A stretch of 64,000 bases of DNA. Source: Promethearchaeota archaeon. GTDB taxonomy: Archaea; Asgardarchaeota; Heimdallarchaeia; Hodarchaeales; Hodarchaeaceae. The notes below the pieces were generated by a model, which saw nothing but the letters and a program-made list of their open reading frames with translations, ran no database searches and was not told where the DNA came from. The DNA is taken from positions 70,021 through 134,020 of the forward strand of contig JBHLMN010000019.1 of assembly GCA_048938105.1 (NCBI GenBank). The letters are read 5' to 3'. The translations under genes were made by a program, and so were the position numbers. Of this stretch, positions 9,350-21,300 are shown piece by piece. Each line of letters starts with the position of its first letter. Position 1 is the first letter of the stretch.

Positions 9350-12300
9350 TCATTCCTCAACCTCAAAATCGAAGAGGTCATCAATTCGGGTTTTTACTTC
9401 CTCAGTCTTAGCTTCTTGAGCTTTCTCTAGCTGTTTTTGAATGAGAGGCTTGATGTACCTTGGCCCAAAATAGATCCCAGCCCCAGCAAGTGCCCCAAGT
9501 ATCCCAATTATAATTGCAGCTCCAATTAATGGCCCTAACACATCAGGAGGAGTTTCCTCAACAACGTAGCTTTCTTCATCAGACTCGGTAACCCGTTCTT
9601 GGAGATCTGTAACAGTGATATAGTAGAGTATTTCTTCTCCTTGAGCTTGGGGGGGAATAACTGCTTCAAATTCCCATTCAGTATCACTGGATGTTACTAA
9701 AGTCATGGTAATATTATGCCATTCATCTTCTGAATCGAGTTTCCAATAGAGGATAACAGATGATTCATCAATTCCTACTGCATCATAAATGGTAACTGAG
9801 ACTGTCACATTATCAGTATGAGTGGGAGTTGATGGATCGTGTTCAAAAGATCTAATGTTTGCTTTGTCATTATCGATAGCAACATCGAAATCTTTTAATG
9901 TATGATGACCAACCTCATCAATGACATTTACTCTTAATGTATAATGATCATCGTCTATATCCGTAGTGTCAATTGAGAATTCAGCGTGAGTTCCATCCCA
10001 GGAGTCTGGATAGAATGTTTCACCATTAATTGATATAGAGATATTTGTTTGGGTTAAATCATCAACATTACAGGAAATTGATATTTGCCCTACTAGAAAG
10101 TCGTTATCAGATACTCCAGAGACTCGAACCACAGGAGGAGTAAAGTCTACATAATAATTAGCAGTTACAGAAACATTTAACCCCGCATTATTAAACACAT
10201 TGATTCTAATGACATAATATCCCTCGTTAAAATCTGTGAAAGTAATGGATGTCCCTGAACCATATAGTGTGTGATAAAGAGTTCCATTTACATAAATTTC
10301 TGTTTGATTTAATCCAGACTGGAGATCAAAAGCATCCCAGAAATAGTTGTATGTACTACTGTTGGTAACAATACGATATGCGTTTATTACTGGGAAAGTG
10401 GTGTCAACATACACCCAGAATGTTGTACTATTCTCATTTTGCGCCTGATCTCTCGCCACAATCCTAATTGTATGATTACCTTCAGAAAGTGTAACATCGG
10501 AAGGACTGATAGTTAAAATTGATTGGTTACCATCAATGTAGAGGTACACGGTAATAGATCCTACAGCATCACTAGCAGCCCATAAGATAGATAATGTAGT
10601 ATCACTAGTAAAGTAGTTCTTAACTGAAGGGGATACTGAAAGATCTGGGGGCTGCGTGTCGATCCAGAACGAGTGGAATGTCGTTGATGACCATCCCATA
10701 TAATCAAATGCTATAATGGTAGTGTTATGGAGGCCATCAAGAAAATCGTGTTGATGAGAGGTATTTGTTGCTTTGAAGGTGTCAATGAAGGAAGCATCTA
10801 CATAAACTTCATAATGGTGGATTCCAGTCTGATAATCTAAGCCTATCCATTGGATCAGCAGAGACGACGTGTTTTGATAAGTGTTATTCGATGGATGAGT
10901 AATACTAATAGAGGGCTGCGTTGTATCACGGGTTAGCGTAATAATTGCAGTATTGTTATTCCCTGCTTTATCCCATGCTATTAAATAGAGATCATATCGT
11001 CCTTCAACTAGTGATAATTCATATTGAATGGTTGAAGGATCAAAGGAGAGGAAAATAGCATCATAGGAAAGAGTGAAATTAGTTAATCCTGTATAATCAT
11101 CAGAAGCTGTCCAATTTACTAGTACAGTCGATTCAGTGGTGTTAAACATCGGAACTGGATCAAGAATTGTCAGAGAAGGTGGAGTCAAATCAATGGTGAC
11201 ATTGATCATTGAAGAAAGATTATTGCCAAATTGATCAAACGCAATTAAAGAGATATTATACATACCTTGGTTGAGAGTAAGACTGGTCTGATCAACAATG
11301 TCACCCGTGATGGAAAGAGTATGATCCCAGATTCCATCTACCCAGACCTCAAAATAAGATAGTGTGGTAAGCGGTTCATTACCATTCCACGTTAGTTGAA
11401 AAGGTCTCTGATTAATAGCCGAATGATTGATGGGATAGATGATACTAGGAATATAAATAACAAAGCTACCATTAGTATTGCTAAGTGTATAATAATCACT
11501 AATGTAAGCAGCCATACGGATTAGTTCATTATCAATTACAGAATCAGGTAACGATGAGAAATCTGCAAGATAGTAAGTGTAATCACCATTTATAGTATCA
11601 AGAGTGATTGAAACATTTAGAACTGTTTCATCCTCAGTTATTGCAAGGACATACCCAATGTGAGTCGTATTGTCTGGATCGTAAACCTCAACCAGTACTG
11701 TAAAGGGATAAGAACCAAGAGACTCATCCACAACATCATTATTATCATCAATGATCTTCACCAAGGTGATATTTGGAGGGATAGATCCATAGACAAACCA
11801 ATCCTGATAATATGAAGTTGCCCCATCAGTGTCAGTCACATTAATGTAAATGAATACCTGGCCATATGGACCGTCTGTGATGAAAGTATATGAGCTATTG
11901 AATAGATCCGTTGAAGGATAGTAGGTAAAAACAATGATTTCCTGAACTCCAGAAGGCAAAATAAGATGAGCAGAGATGATAAGATTGGTTTTAACGAGGT
12001 CCTCCGCGTCAGAAGTATTAAGTGTAAATGTTTGGCTTTCATAGGTATCAATATAGAAGGAGGAATATAACAGTTCATGAATAAATGGCGCTGCATTGAT
12101 CATTTCAAATGTTCCGACCTTAAAATAGGTCGTTATTTGACCATCAGTGGAAGTCACATTAACATAAACATCGTAGAACCCCATTGGATCTTGAAGAACC
12201 TCAAAAAGATATGTTGCTACGAATAGATCTGTACCAGGAACAACCTCAGCCAATTGATAATTCCAAGAACCATTAGGGCGCTGTATTGAGAATTCTACAA

Positions 12301-15300
12301 TTAATTCTTCAGGATTAAGAAGTGTGAAATTCATAACAGTAAGGTTAAAGTATTGAGGAGCCGCTCGTATGCAAATCGAGGGGATATCAATTTGGATGTG
12401 ATTGAGAAGGCCATTAAATGTCGCATTAAAGAATTCATTATCACTCCGTCCATAGATATCTTGGAAAATTACCTCAAAAAGATAGGTTCCATTCCAATAA
12501 TCATGAGCAAATAGAACCTGTGTCTCAAATAACTCTGAAATAGTATTCCAATTGGTAGTTGGTATGATATCAGCTTGATATTTAGTGATGTTAAAGCCTT
12601 TACTTGGGCTATTACGGACAATTGTAACATTTAACCACCCCATAGCGTAAATCCAAGGAGACCAAAAGTTACTACTTGAGTTTAAATAATTATACTCTAG
12701 TAAAATGTTTCCTTTTTGGTCTAAAATCGTTAAGTTGTGACCTATTAAGAGATCTAATTCTGAGAAGTATAATCGAAACCTATGAGCGTTTTCTTGGGAA
12801 AGGATCACAGTCGTATTTTCAGTACTCAAACTGGGTGAAGTCCACCCTGTAGTATTTGTTAATGTATAGCCCAAAGAGAAATTCTGATATGCACGGGGGA
12901 TTAACCAATTTTCAATAAATTCTTCAATAACTGTTTCACGGGGAAGATTATCATCACTTTGGCAATAGAATTGTGCAAAGTAACCTCCTGAAGTATGCCT
13001 AATTGCGAAAGCATCGGTGTACTCAGAAGTACCAACATAGCTAGCAAACATCTCTCCGACAGACCACTGATCTTTGACATACATGAGATCCTTAGCGCAA
13101 CTAGAGTACCAAGAAGAAGTCATAGATGGTAAGTATTCGTAAGCTGGAGGTTTTAAACTCATATCATAACTCCATGTCCAGTCCATTGCTTGTAAATCTA
13201 AAAGTTCATCTAATCGATGATCCCAGTAATAAGTACTTCCATCATCTTTTACATATGAAGACCAAGCATAACTACCAGTGTATATAAGAGCATTACCAGC
13301 CTCTAACCATTGTTCAGCATATGATTCATCCCAATAAATCTGTTCAGGAGCAATCTCCAGGATAACGAGTATATCTAAATATCCGTTATCAATACGCTCT
13401 ACCATCCATGAAATTAACTGATCTTGTTCATTATAATCAAAAAGTGAAACTTCTAATGAATTAATATTGTCTTTCAGGTAATTAGCAATTGTTTGTCGTT
13501 TCGAAACAGTCAACCAGTTAGGGCCACTAACTGAAGGAGTGAAAATCGCAACCTCTGGAGCGAATGTACCATAATAAACCTCTTCAATTACCTTGAAATT
13601 GGTGCCCAATGGTAAAAAGTTTAGGAATTCCTCAATAACAGCATCACGGGGGAGAGAGTCATCTGGTTTGCAGTAAAACTGCGCATAATAGCCTCCTGAA
13701 GAATGTTTGATGACAAAAGAATCAGAATAATTATCTGAGCGAGCAAAAATCTCTTCAATTTGCCATTCGTTTGTAATATAACTAAGATCTTTGCTTAATG
13801 CTGAAGACCAAGTGGTACTCATGGATGGTAGCCAAGTATAAGCAGCGGTTGTTGGGGTCATTGCCCTATAATAATCACTATCAATATCAGAAGGCAAATC
13901 GAGAAGATTGGATAGTTGGCGTTGATTATCGCCCCATCCTGCTCCCGTGGTTATATAGGAATTCCAAGAACTACCTCCTGTATAGATTAAAGCATTTCCT
14001 GCCTCTAACCATTGTTCTGCATAACTCTCATCCCAAAAGATTTGTTCAGGGGCAACATCCAGAATTATAAGAATATTTGTATGATTATTAGACATACGTT
14101 CGGTCATCCAAGCTATTAGTGCAGACTGTGACATTGAAGTGTAATCGAAAACCGTCACACTCACTGCATCCAAATATTCTATTAGGTAAGCTGTAATGGC
14201 GTTACGCTCTGTGACTGAGATATAATTGGGACCAGCTATCGAAGAAGCGAAAATGGCCACATCGGGGATCGAGCATTGCTTGAGAAGCCTAAGATCAACA
14301 GTGCTATTTTCAGTATAGTAGTCGGTTGTAGCATTGACTTGGATTAATGTTAATTGATCCTGTAAGATAATCGTCTGATCTTCTGTTATAATTGGGTCAG
14401 TATTAATTAGGATATCATTTATTTCAGCAGGGAATCCATTCACTTGAATATAATGAATAAATAATTGTTCTGGTATAGCTGGAGTCCAATATTTTTCAGA
14501 ATCCGTTGCATTGAAGGTTATAGTCCAAGTTCCAAGATGTGCCCAATCAGGGAAAACATAATATCCTTCATAAAGGGTTCCACTGACCCATAAGAGGGGT
14601 ACAGTTGTAATATTGCCATATGGATCAGTGAGATAAGCCATAGCGGTTATATCGTTTGAAATATCCTTGTTATCAGTAATATTAGCATATATTGTGAGCG
14701 TTTCATTCCGCTTAAACACTTCTAATGTGTTTACTCCAGTATTGTGGAAGTAGGGCCCCTGTTGTAATGTTTCTAATTGTAAGAAATAAACTGATTGAAC
14801 TCCCTCTGAATCTGTAATTGTAAGTGTTGCATTCTTATTTCCTATCCAATAACTATCATCAACAAAGATATTAAAGTAATAGCAACCATTTGTTGAATTA
14901 TAGCGTATTATTGGTAAATATCTCATTTGCCACCGATCAATTTCAAAGCCCCAGGCGTTTCCAGTCGTTTTAAGAAGGAGTGTTAGGTTGACATAATTTG
15001 TATAGAACCAGGGAGTCCAAAAATCTGTCACATCGTATGAAATATTGCCTAAGAGGTGGCCAAAGCTGTCAAAGAAGGATACATTATCACCTTGGGCTAG
15101 TGTAATATTGTTGAAGTGGAAACGCATGGCAACAACATCGCTCATATTGAAAATCGATGTAAAAGTAGAGGTATAGTTATGAGGTGTGGCCACGATTGTT
15201 CTATTGTTGATAACATGTGCAAGCTTGGAGTAGAAATAGTTTTCGATGAATTCTTCGATAATTTGGGGGAACTTCAGATCATCGGTTGAAGTTGTCAAGA

Positions 15301-18300
15301 ACTGTGCATAATATCCACCCCTACTCCCTTTTAGAACAAAATTATCATAATAATTACCATCAGAAGACTGAGAAAAAATGGCATCCCATTTCCAGTCATT
15401 ACGCAAATAAGTTCGATAAACACAACCTCCAGAAGAAAATAAGTAGGAATCCACAGAAGTTCCCAATGATGGAATGTACTCTGCTCCTTGTGAAGTAAGA
15501 TACTGAGAAGTAGTTTGGCGACCCATGTTGTCCGAAGTACCATCCAAAATATAATGTAAGGAGGGAGAATAGTCAGAAATATAGCCAAGAGGAGTGACAC
15601 TTCTAGAAAATGGACGGTAGCCTACCCAAATTATCATATTTCCTTCATCCATCCACTGTTCTGCTAAAGAGCGATATTCTGGGTATTCAGAATGGTACAA
15701 AATCGTTGGTGTGACATCCAAAAGGATAATAATATCCGATTTGTCATCATTCATTCTGTTAATTATCCAGTTTTCCAGTGAATCCTGTTGTTGATGGCCG
15801 AAGAACTCAATACTGTTTACAGTAAGGTTTTCAGCGAGATAACTAGTTATCTCATCCCTTTCATTTTGATCTAAGTATGTATATGCTGTTGTACAATTAA
15901 ACACAGCAACATCTGGTAAGTGAATAGTTTTCATGATCGGATTTGCCACTTCTTGTACAAACCAATTTTCAATAAACTCCCCAAGGACTTTATGTCTGTC
16001 AAGACAGTCATCATAGGATATCAATAATTGAATGTAATAGCCTCCATTTTCATGCTGAAGTACATGGCTATCACTATATCGGTGATCACTAGTATACATA
16101 TTGAATTGAGCATGTGTGGACCATTGAGAACCTAACCAGCTAGAATGATCAATATATGAATTTCCTCGACCATAATATGATCTTAAACTCGGAAGTGTCG
16201 TTGAAACATATTCTAAAGGTATAGTCCAATAAGAATTTCCACCCAAACTTGATGTGGTTCCATCAATAACATAATATAAACCTCTACCGTTTGAATATGT
16301 ACTTCCACCAGATGAGGTATAATAATAAAATGGTTGATACCCTGTCCATAGAATGCTGTTTCCTGCTTCTAGCCATTGTTCTGCTAGTGAACCATCAGAT
16401 TGATAAGCCCAAACATTACTTGGCACTTGATCCATGAAGATAACGAGATCATTTTCTCCATCATTTAAGCGTTCAGTCATCCAGGATACAAATACATCTT
16501 GTTGATCGTAATCTAGGATTGTAATTATTACATTCTCAAGATTCTCAGTTAAATATGAACATATTTCAGCTCTTTCTTCCAATGATATCCAGCCATTAGG
16601 GTTTGAGGAATTGAATATCAATACCTGAATAGGCTCGTATTTATCGATTTCTAGCGTTAAACTCATATCACTTATATCTGAGTCATCGTCAGCTACATTG
16701 AACTGTAATTCCAATTCCTCATCTTGGTCAATTGTTATTGTGGCTCCTGTATCAATTATAGTGTTATTTTGCTTTATTTCAGTCAATTCTGGACTTTGAC
16801 CTAACAAATTAAGGGTAGTATAACCACATTCACTCCAAGGAGTCCAATGGTGGTTCTTATAACCAGTAAATATCACTCTCCAGGTTCCTATTGGTTCAGT
16901 TTCATTAAAAATAATCGTCCCTCGATAATTTGTTCCAGATTCGTGAGATAAAATCATCTCTATCTGAGAATGATCAGGAGCAATTAAAATCGCTACCATT
17001 TCAGCATTTTCCACACTGGCTACCCATGAAGATCCATCTATCCATAACTCAAGTGTCTGGTTGATTCTAAAGAGCTGTGTGGAATTAATGTTGTAGTTAT
17101 TTATTTTAGGAGCTAATGAAATCCCTGAATAGGATATCCCAAAAGAGCCTTCGAGGTGATCATAATTTTGAGTAATTAATACAATCGATCGGTTACCCAA
17201 TAGCTGATTTTTAGTTAAAGTTAGATTAATTTCAAAATTACCATTAGAGGAAGAGTATCTAAGTTGGGGAATGATAATGGTTTCAACTTGATCAATAATA
17301 TAACCCCAACTGCCAGAATTGTTTGTTAACGTGATATTAAGATAGGCTTGATTATACCAAGGAGTCCAAAAGTTGCTTTGAGAATCTGAGTAATTTGCTA
17401 AAAGATTACCATTAACACCAGATATTATTAAGAAATCACCTACATTTAAAGTTAAATTACTGAAAAAAAGTCGTGTTTTTAGAGTATTTGTGTTTGTATA
17501 GTTGAGGATCTTTTGGATAGGTTCAGTGTATGTCCCCGTATGGTCAGTTTCAAATCCTGTATAATTAGCCATAGTATGGAGATAAGAACGATATAGCCAA
17601 TTTTCGATGAATTCTTCAATTAATGTTCCACAATTAAGGTTATTAAAGATAAAAGAGGATGATGTTAATAGTTGAACATAAGCACCTCCGTTTTTGTGCT
17701 TAATACAGAAACTATCATAATATTTATAGGTCCATAATTGTTCCTCTTGAGAAAATACCTCAGAAAGCCACCAATCCTCTGTTAGGTGATAAGGAGACAA
17801 CATACCATTTGCTTGGTAGCTAAAAGGAAGGCTGGGTAAATATTTCATTCCATATGCTGTTTGTTGGATATAATTATAGCCATATCTCCCAGCACCTGTG
17901 TTGGTGGCATCAATTACATCGTAGAAACCATTATAATAACTAGAAATTGACCCTGAGTCACTGATATAATAGTAAAATCCAAAATAACCCATGAAAATAA
18001 TCATATTGCCGTTCTCAAGCCATTCTTCTGCTATCGACCCGTCTTCCTCTCCTTTCCAGATTAATTCAGGAAAAACATCTATGATGATCAGAATATCGAG
18101 ATGATTATCATATAATCGTGATTTCATCCATGACAACAATTCAGTTTGCCTAGAATAATTAAAACATGAAATACTTTGAGCAGTTAAGTTTTCCATCACA
18201 TACGAGACGATTTTCATACGGTTGGCTTCAGAAATATAAGAGGAGCGGGAAGCATTAAAAATAGCAATCTCTGGTAATCTGGAAGGAATTACTAATGAAT

Positions 18301-21300
18301 CTTCAATAGCATTAATAATGTGGTAATCGTTGATGTAATTTTCAATGGCCTCTTTTCGTGGGATAATGTCATCTGTTATGAATAATTGGACATAATGACC
18401 TCCATTTACATGAGTCAAAATGAAACTATCAGTATAATAAAGGTTATTCTCCTGAGAGGTCAAAGGAAGTTCTAAAGACCAATCTCCAATGAGATATGAT
18501 CGACAGATCTCCCCTTCTCCATGATATTGAACATTAGTATTAAAGAGAGTCGCTCCAAAGTCAGTTGATATTTCTGTACCTGAAAATCTCCCCAAATTAG
18601 AATCTGTGGAATCAAATACATCACCAAAGCCATTTAGACCTCCACTTCTAATTTTCCCAGAGTCAAAGATGATCTGAGAAAAAGCTGGCATTCCTGTATA
18701 AATAATTGTATTACCGTTTTCAAGCCATTTTTCTGCTAATGAATCATCCTTTTCAGTATTGTATAGCAGTGCTGGCACTTGGTCCAGTAGTACAAGTATA
18801 TCATCTTCCTCATCGTAAAGATTAGCATTTATCCAATCAACAAGTATATTTTGCTGATAATAGTCTACTACCAAAGCACTCTTATAGGCCACATTTGTCA
18901 GTAAATATTCTGTAATGTTTTTTCTGTCGTTTAAGGTGATCCAACCAGATGCAGCAGATGAATTAAATATTGCTATATCAGGAATAGTTTGAAAGATAAT
19001 GTTTAGCTCAATATCTTCCATATTCTCCTGATAATCAGATATAATTCCTGTAATATTGAAATTACCTCCTTGAGTAAGATCAAAAACCTGGCCTTCTACT
19101 AGAGTTCCATTGAGATATACTGAAGTGAATTTTGGTTGATGTCCTTTTACTGTTAAAACAGTGCTCTGCAAATCTGTAGAAGTTAACCAGTCAGTGTCTT
19201 TCGCATGAAATGTCACGGTCCAATTACCAATCTGGTCTGTTTTATTGAATTCAATTGTATTTTCGAACTGAGTACCACCAATCCATGTTAAAGGCAACTC
19301 TATAGTTCTATACGTTATTGGTTCTTCTAAAATCGCCCAAACGTCAATATTTATACCATCTTGGATATCAGAGGCCACTGCTCCTATTAATACAGATTCA
19401 TTATACTTAAAGATTGAGGTTGTGTTTAGATATCCAGATATTATAGTAGGTTCTTGAGAATTGATGTTGAAATCAAACTTAAATGTATCCTTTAACCCCT
19501 CATCATCAGTAATAGTGATTAAAGCTGTTAAATTTCCTATTAAGGAATGATCAAAGAAGTTAAAATCAAACCAATGTTGACCATTTGAAGAATTGTATAA
19601 AATAACTCCATTCCTATTTACTTCTACACAATCGATTGAATACCCCCAGCTTACATCAGACATCAGACTAATGTTGATGTAAGATGTTGAAAACCAAGGT
19701 GTCCAGAAATCGGTTCGTGAATCAGAAAGTTCGTACAAAACTGAACCAAATTCATCAGAGATACTGATGTTGTCTCCGTTACTCAATGTTATATTATCAA
19801 AATGGATCCTCATTTCTCTAGCATGAGTAATATTGATAATATGATGTTCATAAGTGGGAGGAGAGTGGGAACTTGCAATCTGAACTCCTTTCTGGTAATG
19901 ATTTTCAATATATGGCCAATTCTGAATGAATTCATTCAATACTACTGCTCGTGGAAGATTAGAATCACTACTAACGTAGAATTGGGCGTATATTCCCCCA
20001 TTTATGTGTTGTAGGGCAAAGCTATCACTATAGACAACATATGATGATACTAGATCTGATGAAGAGGTAAACTCAAGTGGGAAGTCCCAGTTTGTTCCAT
20101 AATATTGTATATAACCTGCTCCGCCATTACTATAATGAGTTTTCTCCCCTATTGATGTTCCCATTGATGGAAGAAACTGTGCTCCAAGGGGGGTTAAAGA
20201 TTGATCGCAACCAACTCTTTGACTTGAACTTGCATTCAAGACATACTGTAAACCGGAATAATAACCTCCTGCAGTGGAGCCAGTTGTTGTTAAATAGTAG
20301 TAAAACGGTTGATATCCCGTCCAAATAATACTATTACCTGTAGATAACCATTGTTCAGCTAAACTACCATCTCCTTGGCCAGAATATAAGAATTGGGGAG
20401 TATAATCAAAAATGAGAAGTAAATCATTCCGTTCATCATCTATCCGTTCTTGAATCCAGGATTGAAACTCTGTTTGTTGGGAATAATTGAAACTAAAAGA
20501 ATTTCCAGGATATTGGGCCATAATATAAGATGTTATCTCAATTTCTTCATTAAGAGTCACCCATCCTGTAGCAGAAGAAGTGTTGAAAATGGCCAGATCT
20601 CCAAGAAATTGGGGGGTTTGGGCTTTTAATTGTGATAGAATATGGGTAGTATACCAATTGTTCAAATATTCGGAAATAACGTCACCTCTTGGTAAATTAT
20701 TATCACTAGAAATGTAAAATTGAGCATAACTACCTTTACTTACATGTTCCAAAACATAATTATCATAATATGAATAGCTACTATAAGGATATTTGGAAAA
20801 TTTTGCCTCCCAATTCCAAGGATCAGAAAATATGTCAATGCCTTTATGATGCGAACAACCATATGAATAATAGAGATATTGACCTGCTATTGATCCCATG
20901 GAAGGTAAATACTGCTGTCCTTCGGGAGTTAGATATTGCTCATAACCATAATCTCCTAACCTATCTCGTCGAACGCCATTTGAATCTAGTATGTATTGTA
21001 ATTGATCGTTATAGAAACCTGATATAGAACCAAATGATGTAATGTAATAACTAAAAGGATAATACCCCGTGAATAGTAATCCATTACCATTTTCCAACCA
21101 TAACTCTATTAAAGAATCCTCTTCTTTTAATTCCCAAATATCGTATGGAATATAGTCCATTAATATTAATACATCTGGAAATCCATTTTCTAATTTCGAT
21201 TCCATCCATTCTTTTAGTTGTGTTTGTTCATAATAGTTATAGCAGGTGATATTCTTTGCTTGTACATTATTGATTATTGTTGCTGCAATATTTGTTTGAG

